A stretch of 60,139 nt of DNA from Oceanispirochaeta sp. (GTDB taxonomy: Bacteria; Spirochaetota; Spirochaetia; DSM-2461): contig NZ_JAQIBL010000003.1 of assembly GCF_027859075.1 (NCBI RefSeq), positions 1 to 60,139 on the forward strand. The letters are read 5' to 3'. Positions 1-9,911 of the stretch are shown here, one piece after another. Each line of letters opens with the position of its first letter. Within the stretch, counting starts at the first letter, position 1. The notes beneath the pieces were generated by a model. It searched no databases and was not told the origin of the DNA. It saw only the letters and a list, made by a program, of their open reading frames with translations. A program made the position numbers and the translations under genes.

Positions 1-506
1 TCTTCTACCTTGGCCATCCGTTCGGGTTCCCAACCGGGCATCTTGAATCCCTGGGATTCACCATCCATCCTGTGAAACATCTCTTTGGGATGTATTTTAT
101 CTACTTTTTCCTGGTCGTAGGCCAGAACAGTAGAACCGTCGGGACGGACCTTGGCCAGTTCGGACCGGGTCCAGTCAAAGACGGGCATAAAATTGTAGCA
201 CACCATATTGATACCCTCGTTTGAGAGTTTTTTCAGAGTGCTGATATAATTTTCTATATGCCGATCCCGGTCTCCATGAGCCACCTTGATCTCATCGGAA
301 ATATTAACGCTCTCCATTCCATAGATGGACAAACCTGCATCGCTGACATCTTTTTTAATCTTCCGGATATCCTCTACAGGCCAATCCGAACCGGGTGCCT
401 GATCGTAAAGGGTTGTGACAATCCCACCCACACCGGGAATTTGACGAATTTGTTCCAGGGTAATGCTGTCATACCCTTTCCCGAACCACCTTAGACTCAT
501 TTTCAT
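1..506 (-). CDS. uxuA: Mannonate dehydratase (5' part; runs off the window start)
   Basis: Not in ORF track. Manual translation [35 protein letters not shown]...[11 protein letters not shown]...[17 protein letters not shown]...PGWEPER matches UxuA motifs; AAGGA RBS upstream. Confidence 0.95.
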   Translation of the reverse strand, partial: [168 protein letters not shown]

Positions 507-522
507 AAATTTATTATTCCTT

Positions 523-765
523 TTAATATACAGGGTTAGGAAGATACATAACCATATTCTGGATGAATATCAACACAATAACCAGGACGATTATGGCGAG
601 ATAGAAGGGTCTGGTTTCCTTGATAAAATCTTCCAGGAATACATCCAGAACATCGCCACTGTCATCCATCACAGCAAGAATCTTGACTTCTGCAGCAAAG
701 AGGTTGACAACGGGAAGAGTAGAAAGAGAAAGTAAAATAATAATTTTTTCCACTACAAAACTCAT
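523..765 (-). pseudogene. Deletion-fusion remnant: solute-binding-protein leader joined to a TRAP DctM C-terminus
   Basis: N-term KIIILLSLSTLPVVNLFAA resembles the SBP leaders in this window. C-term LEDFIKETRPFYLAIIVLVIVLIFIQNMVMYLPNPVY aligns by eye with the DctM end at 9912 (IEKLSRAMIPFYLVMVSVLLAITYIPQIVMTLPNLFY). Confidence 0.65.
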
Positions 766-880
766 TTGACATGATACATAAAAATACTACCATACAAGTG
801 TGGTGATCACAACCTTTTTCTTGATGATTCAATAGTGGAAGACTAAAGTCACTCTACAGGATAGATATTTTATTTCAGTC

Positions 881-1399
881 TTAAAAATTTTCAAAAAAAA
901 CAGTTTCAGACAGGGGTTTTCGTGTTTCACTATGCCTGTCCGAAGACTTTGGATCTGCCCCGTTATACCCGATGGCCAGTAAATTGATGGGCTCCAGATG
1001 TGAAGGAATCTTAAACTCCTTTTTGATGACCGCTGGATTGAACCATGTCATCCAGAGGGTATTCAGCCCCAGATCGGTTGCGGCCATCATCATATGGTCC
1101 GTCACAATTGAAGCATCAATATCACTTGTGTCTTTTTGATCATACTCCCGTACCCAGGCTTCCCTTTTATCAGCGCAGACCACAATCATGGTGGGAGCCT
1201 TAAAAAACCTGGCAGCCCTACGTAATTTATTGAGACCCTCTTCGCTCTGAATCACTAAAAGCCTCTGGGGCTGATTATTACTTGCTGTGGGCGCCACTCT
1301 TCCGGCTTCAAGGATCATTTCAAGATCTTTGGATTCAACGGATCTTTCTGTAAAATTCCTAGCGGAATACCGCTTTTTTGCTAATTCAAGATAAGACAT
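881..1399 (-). CDS. Nitroreductase family protein
   Basis: KKRYSARNF, APTASNNQP, ATDLGLNTLW and LAIGY motifs; AGGAGG RBS. Confidence 0.92.
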   Translation of the reverse strand: MSYLELAKKRYSARNFTERSVESKDLEMILEAGRVAPTASNNQPQRLLVIQSEEGLNKLRRAARFFKAPTMIVVCADKREAWVREYDQKDTSDIDASIVTDHMMMAATDLGLNTLWMTWFNPAVIKKEFKIPSHLEPINLLAIGYNGADPKSSDRHSETRKPLSETVFFENF

Positions 1400-1563
1400 A
1401 GACTAGTTCCTCCTAAATATATTTGTTGAATCAGTATATACAATTCTTCCAGTATGTTCTCACTGGTCAGACTCGCAGAATCAGAGCTCAACGTCTGACC
1501 GGGCTGGAAGAGACCCCGGTTCATGAAGAAAATTGAATCCGCAATATTCCTGCAGTCATATCT

Positions 1564-1699
1564 ATGAACAATTTATTTGCCCGGATGAAACCCTATCGTC
1601 ACCGTTTTATCCTGTCAGCCAGCTGTAACACGGCAATCGAAACACCCTGGGAGGACCCTCAGACTCTTCAGGGAAGCCTGGAGTGAACTGGGAGTGTAA
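1564..1699 (+). pseudogene. C-terminal remnant of a URO-D/MtaA-CmuA-like protein, frameshifted
   Basis: Reads MNNLFARMKPYRHRFILSASCNTAIETPWE. Removing one base near 1653 gives TLRLFREAWSELGV*, which fits the 'FILSxxC..xxTPxEN...' C-terminus of this family. Confidence 0.55.
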
Positions 1700-1764
1700 A
1701 AGCACTGGTCAGCAGCTGGAACACAGGGTATGCTATTGACTAGAAATCACTGTTAGGATTCATC

Positions 1765-2676
1765 ATGAAAACCATTCGGTCGGCAGCAGTCCTGGGAGCC
1801 GGAGCCCTGGGTCTCCTCTATTTACAATCCATTCAAAAACAGTTGGGGGAGGCCTGCTACTTTCTGGCCGGTCCCGAACGTTTCGACTCACTCAATAGGA
1901 CAGAATTCAAAATCAACTCAAAGGGCATCCGCTTTCATACACGAAATCCTCTCCTGGAGGAGCTCAAACCCGATCTGATCCTGATAGCCGTCAAGAACTA
2001 TCATATGGATTCCATCCTTCCCCTGCTCCAGGCGGCCTCAGGTCCATCCACCATCATCCTGTCTGTCTTAAACGGCATCAGCAGTGAGGGGATTCTGGAA
2101 GCGGCACTGCCCGGGTCTACCGTGCTTTATGCTGCCGCCCTGGGAATGGATGCGGTCAAGATCGGCCCTGATTTGAACTTTTCAGTCAAAGGAAAGATCC
2201 TGCTGGGCAGCAAAGACAACAGTGAAACAGAGGAGCTTCTGCGGGTGGCAAACTTCCTGAACTCCTGTGACATAGAATATCAGATCCCACAGGATATTCA
2301 TAGAGAACTCTGGTTCAAGTGGATGATCAACATCGGGGTGAATCAGGTATCGGCGGTATGCTCCGCGACTTACGGCTTGTTTCAAAAAGAGCCTCAGCTA
2401 AGAGAGTTAATGAACAAGGCAATGCTGGAAACGATCGAAGTCGCCGGAGCCGAGGGGATTCAACTCGGAACATCAGACCTGGAACGCTGGTACAAACTGC
2501 TGGAGACTCTGGGTCCGGATGGCAAGACCTCCATGCTCCAGGACATAGAAGCCGGAAGGAAAACAGAGCTGGATTCCTTTGCCGGAGAGCTGATCCGCAG
2601 AGCCGGAAAACAGGGGATACCCGTACCGGTCAATGAAACCCTTTACAGCATACTAAAGGTTAAAGAACAGCTATGA
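1765..2676 (+). CDS. panE: Ketopantoate reductase family protein
   Basis: GAGALG Rossmann motif, AVK, LNG, WFKWMINIGVN and SMLQDIEAGRKTELDSFAG motifs. Confidence 0.9.
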   Translation: MKTIRSAAVLGAGALGLLYLQSIQKQLGEACYFLAGPERFDSLNRTEFKINSKGIRFHTRNPLLEELKPDLILIAVKNYHMDSILPLLQAASGPSTIILSVLNGISSEGILEAALPGSTVLYAAALGMDAVKIGPDLNFSVKGKILLGSKDNSETEELLRVANFLNSCDIEYQIPQDIHRELWFKWMINIGVNQVSAVCSATYGLFQKEPQLRELMNKAMLETIEVAGAEGIQLGTSDLERWYKLLETLGPDGKTSMLQDIEAGRKTELDSFAGELIRRAGKQGIPVPVNETLYSILKVKEQL

Positions 2677-4277
2677 AACAGTATTGGCTGACCGGGGGAA
2701 GAATCGCAGACGGAACCGGGTCTGAGATCTATGCCGGGCATATTCTGATACAAGAGGACAGAATCATAAAGATTCAGACCCAGCCTCCCGAGAGGGATGT
2801 GTTTCAGTATGACTGCAAGGGCGCCCTGATTACTCCGGGATTTATCGATATCCACTCCCATCTGGACTGGTTCACCGGGAATGAAGGCAGCAGCCCCCTG
2901 ATCCTGCCCTTCCTGCAGCAGGGAATCACCACGGCTGTGGGAGGAAACTGCGGTTACAGCGTTTTCGGATTCCCCGTCTCCCACCCCTACAGAGAACTCT
3001 TGACCAATAACCTCTTTCGTTCAGGAAAGTCAACTCTCTGCTGGAAAGATATAGACGAGTTTGCCGATCATATCCAGACAAACGGAAGCTCTCTGAACCT
3101 GCTCTGCTATGTGGGACACGGCACTGTCCGAACCTCAATAAGGGGCTATGATGCCAACCCTCTGACTGATGAAGAACTGACACAGATGCTTGGATTGCTG
3201 GAAGACAACCTGAATATGGGGGCCGCCGGAGTCTCATTGGGTCTGCAGTATGAACCGGGAATTTTTGCCGACAAAAAAGAGCTTAAGGCCGTAGCCGCAC
3301 TGGTCGCCTCCCATAAGAAAGTGCTGGCCGTTCATCCCCGGGCAGCTTCTGCTGTCTCGGGTAAGTATCCTATTAAACCATTTGGTACAGCCCACCACCT
3401 GCTGGCCATTCAGGATATGATAGATCTGGCAGAAGAAACAGGGGTAAGACTCCAGTTTTCCCATCTCATTTTTGTGGGCTCCCTCAGCTGGAAAAGTGCT
3501 GATAAAGCCCTTAAACTATTCGATGATGCCTGGAACAGAGGCGTCGATATTGCCTTTGATACTTTTGGATATTCCCTGGGGGCCAGCCGGATTAATGTCA
3601 TCCTTCCCGAATGGTTCCGCACCCATCTCGGGAAAAACCTTAAAAACCCCTGGGCAATCCAGCGGCTCCGGTTAGAGACTATGGCGATGGAACTGGTTTT
3701 AGGCTTTGGCTATGAACATATCCGGGTGACCAATGCTGTTCATCCCGACTGGAAAAAATACAATGGAATGTACCTTTCTCACATAGCCCGGCAGAGAAAG
3801 TCCAGTCAATTCAAGACCCTCTGCGACCTGCTACGGGTGAGTGACGGAACGGCCGGGGTCCTGATGGAACGCTACTCCAACCCTGAGATTATGAACAAAA
3901 TGATTGCCCACCCCCTGTCCCATTTTCAAACGGATGCCTGGGTAGAACGGGAGGGTGTGAACAATCCGGCCATCTACGGTTCGCTCCCCCGTATTTTCAG
4001 GCTCAATCGAGAAAACAATCTGCTCCCGGTGGAAGAGATCGTCAGAAAAATGACCGGGGCTCCCGCCGACAGGATGGGAATTGCCGAACGGGGATACCTC
4101 AAAGAGGGTTACTTCGCCGACCTTGTGGTGCTGGATGAACAGAGTATCTCAGACAGAGAAGAAAAGGGAATTCCCCTCCCGCCCACCGGCATCGACAAGG
4201 TGATCGTCAATGGCCGGGTGATGATAGAGAAGGGCCTGGAAGTCAGTGATAAGAGTCCGGGGCGGTTAATAAGGTAA
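2673..4277 (+). CDS. N-acyl-D-amino-acid deacylase (D-aminoacylase, amidohydrolase superfamily)
   Basis: PGFIDIHSH, QGITTAVGGNCG, GHGTVR, GLQYEPG and RGYLKEGYFADLVV motifs; ATGA overlap with panE. Confidence 0.9.
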   Translation: MKQYWLTGGRIADGTGSEIYAGHILIQEDRIIKIQTQPPERDVFQYDCKGALITPGFIDIHSHLDWFTGNEGSSPLILPFLQQGITTAVGGNCGYSVFGFPVSHPYRELLTNNLFRSGKSTLCWKDIDEFADHIQTNGSSLNLLCYVGHGTVRTSIRGYDANPLTDEELTQMLGLLEDNLNMGAAGVSLGLQYEPGIFADKKELKAVAALVASHKKVLAVHPRAASAVSGKYPIKPFGTAHHLLAIQDMIDLAEETGVRLQFSHLIFVGSLSWKSADKALKLFDDAWNRGVDIAFDTFGYSLGASRINVILPEWFRTHLGKNLKNPWAIQRLRLETMAMELVLGFGYEHIRVTNAVHPDWKKYNGMYLSHIARQRKSSQFKTLCDLLRVSDGTAGVLMERYSNPEIMNKMIAHPLSHFQTDAWVEREGVNNPAIYGSLPRIFRLNRENNLLPVEEIVRKMTGAPADRMGIAERGYLKEGYFADLVVLDEQSISDREEKGIPLPPTGIDKVIVNGRVMIEKGLEVSDKSPGRLIR

Positions 4278-4278
4278 T

Positions 4279-4300
4279 AGATCACAGTCTGGTGATCTTT
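4279..4300 (+). terminator. Weak intrinsic terminator candidate
   Basis: AGATCAC-agtctg-GTGATCT hairpin right after the stop codon, with only a short T run. Confidence 0.35.
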
Positions 4301-4479
4301 ATCGCAATTAAAGAATAGTCGTTTCTGAGCCTGTTGTCTCTGTCCGCCAGTTCATGCCTGGTTCACAATAAAAATTAAGACCCAAGTATGGATATTACTC
4401 TTACCGAACGAAAATTACCCTACAGGATCATCCCGAAAAAGAGTAAAATAAGACAGAAAGATACACAAAAGGAATATTC

Positions 4480-5934
4480 ATGTCCTATAAACCTAATGTC
4501 CTCCTTATCAATACGGATCACTGGCCTGCGTCTCTCATGGGAATCACCGGTCATCCTTCCCTACTGACTCCCACTCTGAATTCATTGGCAAGGGACGGAA
4601 TTCGATTCCAGAATGCCTACTCGGAATGCCCAGTCTGTATTCCCGCCCGGCGCAGCCTGATGACAGGAACCAGTCCCCGGACACATGGGGACAGGGTCTA
4701 CACCGATACAATGGAGATGCCCGATGTACCCACACTGGCAGAAACCTTCGGAAACAACGGATACCAGACATTTGCCGTAGGAAAACTCCATGTATACCCT
4801 CAGCGCAACCGCATAGGTTTCGATGATGCTCTTATAACTGAAGAAGCCCGTTACGATTTCGGCGTGGTGGATGATTATCAGATATGGCTGGGAGAGCAGG
4901 GGTATACGGGGCAGGAATTCATGCACGGGATGGGCAATAACAACTACCAGAGCCGTCCCTGGCACCTGCCTGAGGAAACTCATCAGACAAACTGGATCAC
5001 CCGGGAAATGATTAAGGTTCTCAAAAGGAGAGATCCCGGAAAACCGGGCTTTTACTACCTCTCCTACCCGGCCCCTCATCCTCCTCTGGTTCCCCTGCAG
5101 CACTATTTTGACCTTTACAGCAAGGAAGAGATTCCCGAACCCCTGACTGGAGACTGGAACGGGGATAACTGTTATGCCTTGAAAGCTCTCACCGACAAGA
5201 CGGACCATTACTCCCCGAAGGAAAAAACTGATGCCCTCAGGGCTTTCTACGGCCTCTGTACCCATATAGACCATCAGATCCGTCTGGTTATAGGAACCCT
5301 CCGGGAGATGAGCTTATTAGAGAACACAATCATCATGTTTATCAGCGACCATGGAGATATGCTCTTTAATCACAAGATGCTTGCAAAACGAGTTTTTTAT
5401 GAAGGATCGGCCAATATACCCTGCCTTATTTCAGGAAAACCTGTTGAAAAATTACGCGGACAAATTGACAACAGACTGGTCTGTCTGGCTGATGTTATGC
5501 CGACCCTTCTGGATCTCTGCGGCCTAATAATACCCGATTCTGTGGAGGGCTTGAGTGCTGTCAGGGATGAAAAAAGATCCTATCTGTATGGAGAGATCGG
5601 CGAAGGGGACACGGCCAGCCGCATGATCCATGATGGACGTTTCAAACTGATCTATTATCCTCTGGGAAACTACAGTCAGCTCTTTGATTTACAGGAAGAT
5701 CCGACAGAGCTGCATAATCTATCAGGAGAAGCGGACCACGCGGACAAGCTCAAAGAGTTACAAAAAGAGCTCATGTCCCGCCTGTATAAAGAGGACAGCC
5801 AATGGATTCAAGATGCGTCCCTACAGGGGCTTCCTGACAAGGAATATCAAAGGTCCCCCGATTACAGTCTCTACAATCAGAGAGGTGGCCATTGGCCGCC
5901 CCCATCAGGTTATGGTTCATTAGGGAAATCCTGA
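4480..5934 (+). CDS. Cys-type formylglycine sulfatase (S1 family), cytoplasmic
   Basis: CIPARRSLMTG (CxPxR), GKLH, APHPP and SDHG motifs; no signal peptide. Confidence 0.93.
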   Translation: MSYKPNVLLINTDHWPASLMGITGHPSLLTPTLNSLARDGIRFQNAYSECPVCIPARRSLMTGTSPRTHGDRVYTDTMEMPDVPTLAETFGNNGYQTFAVGKLHVYPQRNRIGFDDALITEEARYDFGVVDDYQIWLGEQGYTGQEFMHGMGNNNYQSRPWHLPEETHQTNWITREMIKVLKRRDPGKPGFYYLSYPAPHPPLVPLQHYFDLYSKEEIPEPLTGDWNGDNCYALKALTDKTDHYSPKEKTDALRAFYGLCTHIDHQIRLVIGTLREMSLLENTIIMFISDHGDMLFNHKMLAKRVFYEGSANIPCLISGKPVEKLRGQIDNRLVCLADVMPTLLDLCGLIIPDSVEGLSAVRDEKRSYLYGEIGEGDTASRMIHDGRFKLIYYPLGNYSQLFDLQEDPTELHNLSGEADHADKLKELQKELMSRLYKEDSQWIQDASLQGLPDKEYQRSPDYSLYNQRGGHWPPPSGYGSLGKS

Positions 5935-5947
5935 TTCCGGGATAGGA

Positions 5948-6829
5948 TCAGAAACTGCCCAAAGTGACCACAAGTGCACCGGCGACAATAAGGAACACTC
6001 CCCAGATCTTGGGGGCAGTCGCTTTCTCTTTCAGGATTAATGCCGAAAGGATCAAAGTAAACAAGACCTGTGTCAACAGGAGGGCTGATGTCACAACAGG
6101 CCCCAGCGTCTCCAGCGAAATCAGTCTGAAATTGAAATAGACCACCCGGACGAGTATCCCATTGAGGAGGGAAAGAAGTATAATCCTCCCCCGATTCTTC
6201 ATCGGCTTGAGAGTGCTGAACCCACCCAGTCGGAAAAACAGGATGCCAGCGAGAAGAGCATTGGCAAGATTCTGGGCAATCAATAGAGCAGGCCTCCCCA
6301 GATCCGGCAGGATGATGGAAAGGATCACCAAATTTACACCGTTCACAGCCGCGGAAGCGACTCCGAAGAATACGGAGAGAGGAGTAGTTCCCGGGGAAGA
6401 GCCTCGCCTGAACAAAAAACCAGCCAGAATCATTACAGCAAAAATGATAAGCCCCAATCCTGTCCAGGAAAGCATTCCGGGACGATGTGAGAGTATAAGA
6501 ATATCTGATATGACAACAAAGGCAGGGGTGATCTGGAGCAGTGCATTCTGGGCACCGATATCACCCCGTTCAACTCCATTAAAAAAGAGAAGATTCATTG
6601 AAAATGGTACAAGAACGACCGACAGGAGCAGGAGCAGGAGTGATGAATGTGGAACTTCTGCCAGAGAGACTAAAGGAATGAAAAACAGAGCAACTGCCAG
6701 ACCGGCAAATGACCTGAAAAACATAAAGGTGATTGAGTTTGTCTGCTTCAGAACAGACTTGGCCATCAACATACCTATGGACATGATAAACGCAGCCCCG
6801 ATAGGCAGGAAGTATATGGCACTATTCAT
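5948..6829 (-). CDS. DMT/EamA family transporter
   Basis: About 10 hydrophobic segments in two repeats; ILKEK...WGVFLIVAGALVV C-terminus. Confidence 0.85.
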   Translation of the reverse strand: MNSAIYFLPIGAAFIMSIGMLMAKSVLKQTNSITFMFFRSFAGLAVALFFIPLVSLAEVPHSSLLLLLLSVVLVPFSMNLLFFNGVERGDIGAQNALLQITPAFVVISDILILSHRPGMLSWTGLGLIIFAVMILAGFLFRRGSSPGTTPLSVFFGVASAAVNGVNLVILSIILPDLGRPALLIAQNLANALLAGILFFRLGGFSTLKPMKNRGRIILLSLLNGILVRVVYFNFRLISLETLGPVVTSALLLTQVLFTLILSALILKEKATAPKIWGVFLIVAGALVVTLGSF

Positions 6830-6880
6830 GGGACCATCATAGCCTGCCCCTGGGACAGAAAACCATTCACAATACAGCGA

Positions 6881-8359
6881 TTATTTATACGATTCGCCAT
6901 CCGCATAGGCTCGGGGAGACAGGCCGGTCTCCCTCTTAAAGGCCTTACTGAAATAATTGGGATCAGCAAAACCCGTGGCGGCGGCGGCATCGGCGACGGT
7001 CATGCCCGGGGTCAGAAGGAGTTCTTTCGCCATTTCCATGCGGTGCATGATTTGAAATTCCTTGTAGCTCAGCCCCGTGACCCGCCTGAAACAGCGGCTG
7101 ATGTAACTGGGACTCTTTTTCAATCGGTCTGAAACCTCCTGCAGAGAAGGTGGTTCTCCACTGTGATCTTCCAGAAATGCCCGGATTTCTCCGACCAGGC
7201 GCTGCTCCCGTGTGCGGTGGGTCTGTCTGATCTGCCGGGACACATCGCAGAAGAGGCTGTCCAGAATCTCCAGAACTTCGCCAGTCTCGCTAAAGTCATT
7301 CAAGCGGGGTGTGAGAACTTCCGGATCGAGGGAGTCGAACCGCACCGCAAAGAGAGAGATCAGACGCCTGTCGATGACGGTGATAAGTTCCAATGCATAG
7401 CTTCTTGCTTCTCCCGGACCTGCGACAGCTTTTTTGTATTGAAAAAGATTCGCCAGCTTTCCATGAATCAGATGAAGCCGTCCCTCAACCAGATCATCCC
7501 CCAGGGAACGTTCCAGACTCACACGGCTCAGGGAGCCGGGAACCCAGGGGGATTCTCGTTCCCGGAGCGATTTCTCGTTTATTTCACGGACTAAATCTCC
7601 AAAGTCCGTATGAGGACCCAATAGCAGAGGCTCAGGAAGAAGGGTAGAATCCTGATTGTTGTCTTCAAGGGCATTCAGGATCTTCCCCGGGGAGATCTCT
7701 CCTTCCCGGCTCTGAATAATGAGTTCTGCCGCACCGGCAATACAGGCTCCAAAACAATCACAGCCCATTCCGTCAAACCGTGTTTTCAGGGAGAGCAACA
7801 AAGGTCTGCCGCTTCTGCGGGCCAGGGGCAGAGAATGAAAATAGAAGGGGGTGTTTTTCATTTTAAGGATTTGTGACAACTCATTCAGATTGGTTCTGAA
7901 TTCCGGTCCGGGATGCCGGAGACGCCAGATAAGTTCCCGTTCCTGGGACCGTTGATTCCGGCCAGGGACCTCCTGCTTTTTTTTATCGATCCTCTCCATG
8001 CTTTTTCTGATGGATTCGGAAAAATTTCTTCGTGAAATCGGTTTGAGGAGGTAATCGGCGGCCTGATATTTGACAGCCAATCGGGCATAATCAAACTCAC
8101 TATAGGCCGTTAATATCAGGGCTTCCCCGGAGAGACCATTCTCCCTGAGAAGATTCAAAGCCTCCAGACCCGACATTTCGGGCATTTCAATATCCACCAG
8201 CATCAGGTCAGGGTCCAACTCCAGAGCGGTCTCAAGAAAAGTACGGCCTGTAGCGCATTCGGCAATGATCTCTATGGATTTAGAGAACTCAGCTTCCACT
8301 AAACTGCGGAGTGCCTTTCTTTCAAGGGCCTCATCCTCTGCAATTATCAAGCGTATCAT
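6881..8359 (-). CDS. YesN-type response regulator (REC + AraC HTH)
   Basis: IAEDE, DIEMPEMSG, YLLKP; C-terminal GFADPNYFSKAFKRETGLSP. Confidence 0.93.
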   Translation of the reverse strand: MIRLIIAEDEALERKALRSLVEAEFSKSIEIIAECATGRTFLETALELDPDLMLVDIEMPEMSGLEALNLLRENGLSGEALILTAYSEFDYARLAVKYQAADYLLKPISRRNFSESIRKSMERIDKKKQEVPGRNQRSQERELIWRLRHPGPEFRTNLNELSQILKMKNTPFYFHSLPLARRSGRPLLLSLKTRFDGMGCDCFGACIAGAAELIIQSREGEISPGKILNALEDNNQDSTLLPEPLLLGPHTDFGDLVREINEKSLRERESPWVPGSLSRVSLERSLGDDLVEGRLHLIHGKLANLFQYKKAVAGPGEARSYALELITVIDRRLISLFAVRFDSLDPEVLTPRLNDFSETGEVLEILDSLFCDVSRQIRQTHRTREQRLVGEIRAFLEDHSGEPPSLQEVSDRLKKSPSYISRCFRRVTGLSYKEFQIMHRMEMAKELLLTPGMTVADAAAATGFADPNYFSKAFKRETGLSPRAYADGESYK

Positions 8360-9837
8360 GCCAGCCGCTCTTTGCAGGGAATCCTGAGACTCACAATGGT
8401 GCCTCCCTCGGGGGCATTGGTAATGGCAAAGCCGGCACGCTCGGAAAATGACAGCTCCAGTCTGTCCCGGACATTGGTGACACCGATTCCCTTACGGGAT
8501 TCATCCCCTCTCCTATTCCAGAGATTCGCCAAGGATTCTTCTGAAATGCCGCATCCGTTATCCCGGACTTCAATATTCAGGAATCCTTCCTGTATCACCG
8601 TGGAAACTTGGAGTAAACCATTTTCAGTGACATCCTTTAATCCGTGAGTAATGGAATTTTCGACAAGGGGCTGTAAGATCATGGGAGGAACCGAAACATC
8701 CTGTCCCGCCTCATCAATATCAAGGAGAAAACGAATTCTGTCTCCATGACGAACTTCCTGAATCAGGATGTAGGCTTTCAGTACGCCCAGCTCTTTGCTG
8801 AAGAAGACCTCTTTTCCTTCATTATCCAGACTGTAGCGGAGGATACTCGAAATAGATTCCACAAGTGACACTGTCACATCAGAATCCAAAAACATGGCGC
8901 TCCGTCCAACCATATTCAGGGTATTGAACAGAAAGTGAGGATTGATCTGCAGCTGCAGTGCCCGGAGTTGGGTTTCTCTGTGCGTCTTTTCCCTTTCGGA
9001 AGCAGCCAGTTTTTCCTTATTCAAGAGAGCATCCAATTGGGCATTATGCTCGATGTCTTCAACGAAGCCGATGATATTCTTCTTCATGTCATTGAAGGCA
9101 TCTCCAACAGATTTCAGCTCGCTGTAACGGGTTTCTCTTAAATCTGGAATCAACCAGTTTTTAAGAGAGAGTTCCCTTGCTGCATTTTCCACAGAAAACA
9201 GATGGGATGACAAATCCCTTATAAAGAATAGGACAGTACCAAAGTCGAGAAGCAGCAGGATAGCCAGAACTGCGAAAAGCCGCCCCTGTGTCCGTTGCCA
9301 TTTCAATAAAAAGGACTCATGAGCCTCATTGGAGGCATCCAGATAGGCCACAACAAGTTCCTGGGCCCTGACAACAATATAGACAGCCTGGGTCTTCAAA
9401 TAACTCATTTCCAGAAATGTAGCATCGTCGAATTTTTCAAGACTCATAATGGTACGGGCGGAATTATCATAATATTCCACCATGCCCAGCAGACTGCGCC
9501 TGTAAATGGAATAGGCAGGAGTGCCCGGAGGCGTGATAGCGTAAAAGTGTTCAGCCCTCAAAAGCTCATTCACCCGGTCTAATCCCTGGTCATATCGCTC
9601 TATTAGAGAGGGGTCCCTCTGGAGGATATAAGATTCGAACACATCGATCATATGGCCGAGCTCAATGGGTAACCGGGCCATACGGGAGTGGCGTTCCATC
9701 ATGATCCTGTACTCCTTGATGACCAGGACATAGGCCCCGAAGGAGGCTCCGTATCCTGCAAAAACAGTAAACAATAAGAACAGGAGTTTAATGAGAAATT
9801 GATTTCTGATTGATCGGATCTTTGTTTTAAATGCCAT
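8356..9837 (-). CDS. YesM/LytS-type sensor histidine kinase
   Basis: Two TM segments, LQLQINPHFLFNTLN, LQPLVENSITHG, DNGCG, GIGVTNV; overlaps the response-regulator start. Confidence 0.93.
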   Translation of the reverse strand: MAFKTKIRSIRNQFLIKLLFLLFTVFAGYGASFGAYVLVIKEYRIMMERHSRMARLPIELGHMIDVFESYILQRDPSLIERYDQGLDRVNELLRAEHFYAITPPGTPAYSIYRRSLLGMVEYYDNSARTIMSLEKFDDATFLEMSYLKTQAVYIVVRAQELVVAYLDASNEAHESFLLKWQRTQGRLFAVLAILLLLDFGTVLFFIRDLSSHLFSVENAARELSLKNWLIPDLRETRYSELKSVGDAFNDMKKNIIGFVEDIEHNAQLDALLNKEKLAASEREKTHRETQLRALQLQINPHFLFNTLNMVGRSAMFLDSDVTVSLVESISSILRYSLDNEGKEVFFSKELGVLKAYILIQEVRHGDRIRFLLDIDEAGQDVSVPPMILQPLVENSITHGLKDVTENGLLQVSTVIQEGFLNIEVRDNGCGISEESLANLWNRRGDESRKGIGVTNVRDRLELSFSERAGFAITNAPEGGTIVSLRIPCKERLA

Positions 9838-9867
9838 TGTGGAACAAGTATAACACCCGCCATACCT

Positions 9868-9897
9868 CCGGGGATAGCGGATAACAACTATCCCCGG
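9868..9897. terminator. Perfect 10-bp stem-loop between dctM and the sensor kinase
   Basis: CCGGGGATAG-cggataacaa-CTATCCCCGG with no U tract; could be a stability or pause hairpin. Confidence 0.5.
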
Positions 9898-9911
9898 TGG
9901 AGAAGGAGACT

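Noticed and set aside
9876-9887. AGCGGATAACAA, identical to part of the E. coli lac operator
   Set aside because: Only one half-site, lying in a native hairpin loop, with no vector sequence nearby; a chance match.
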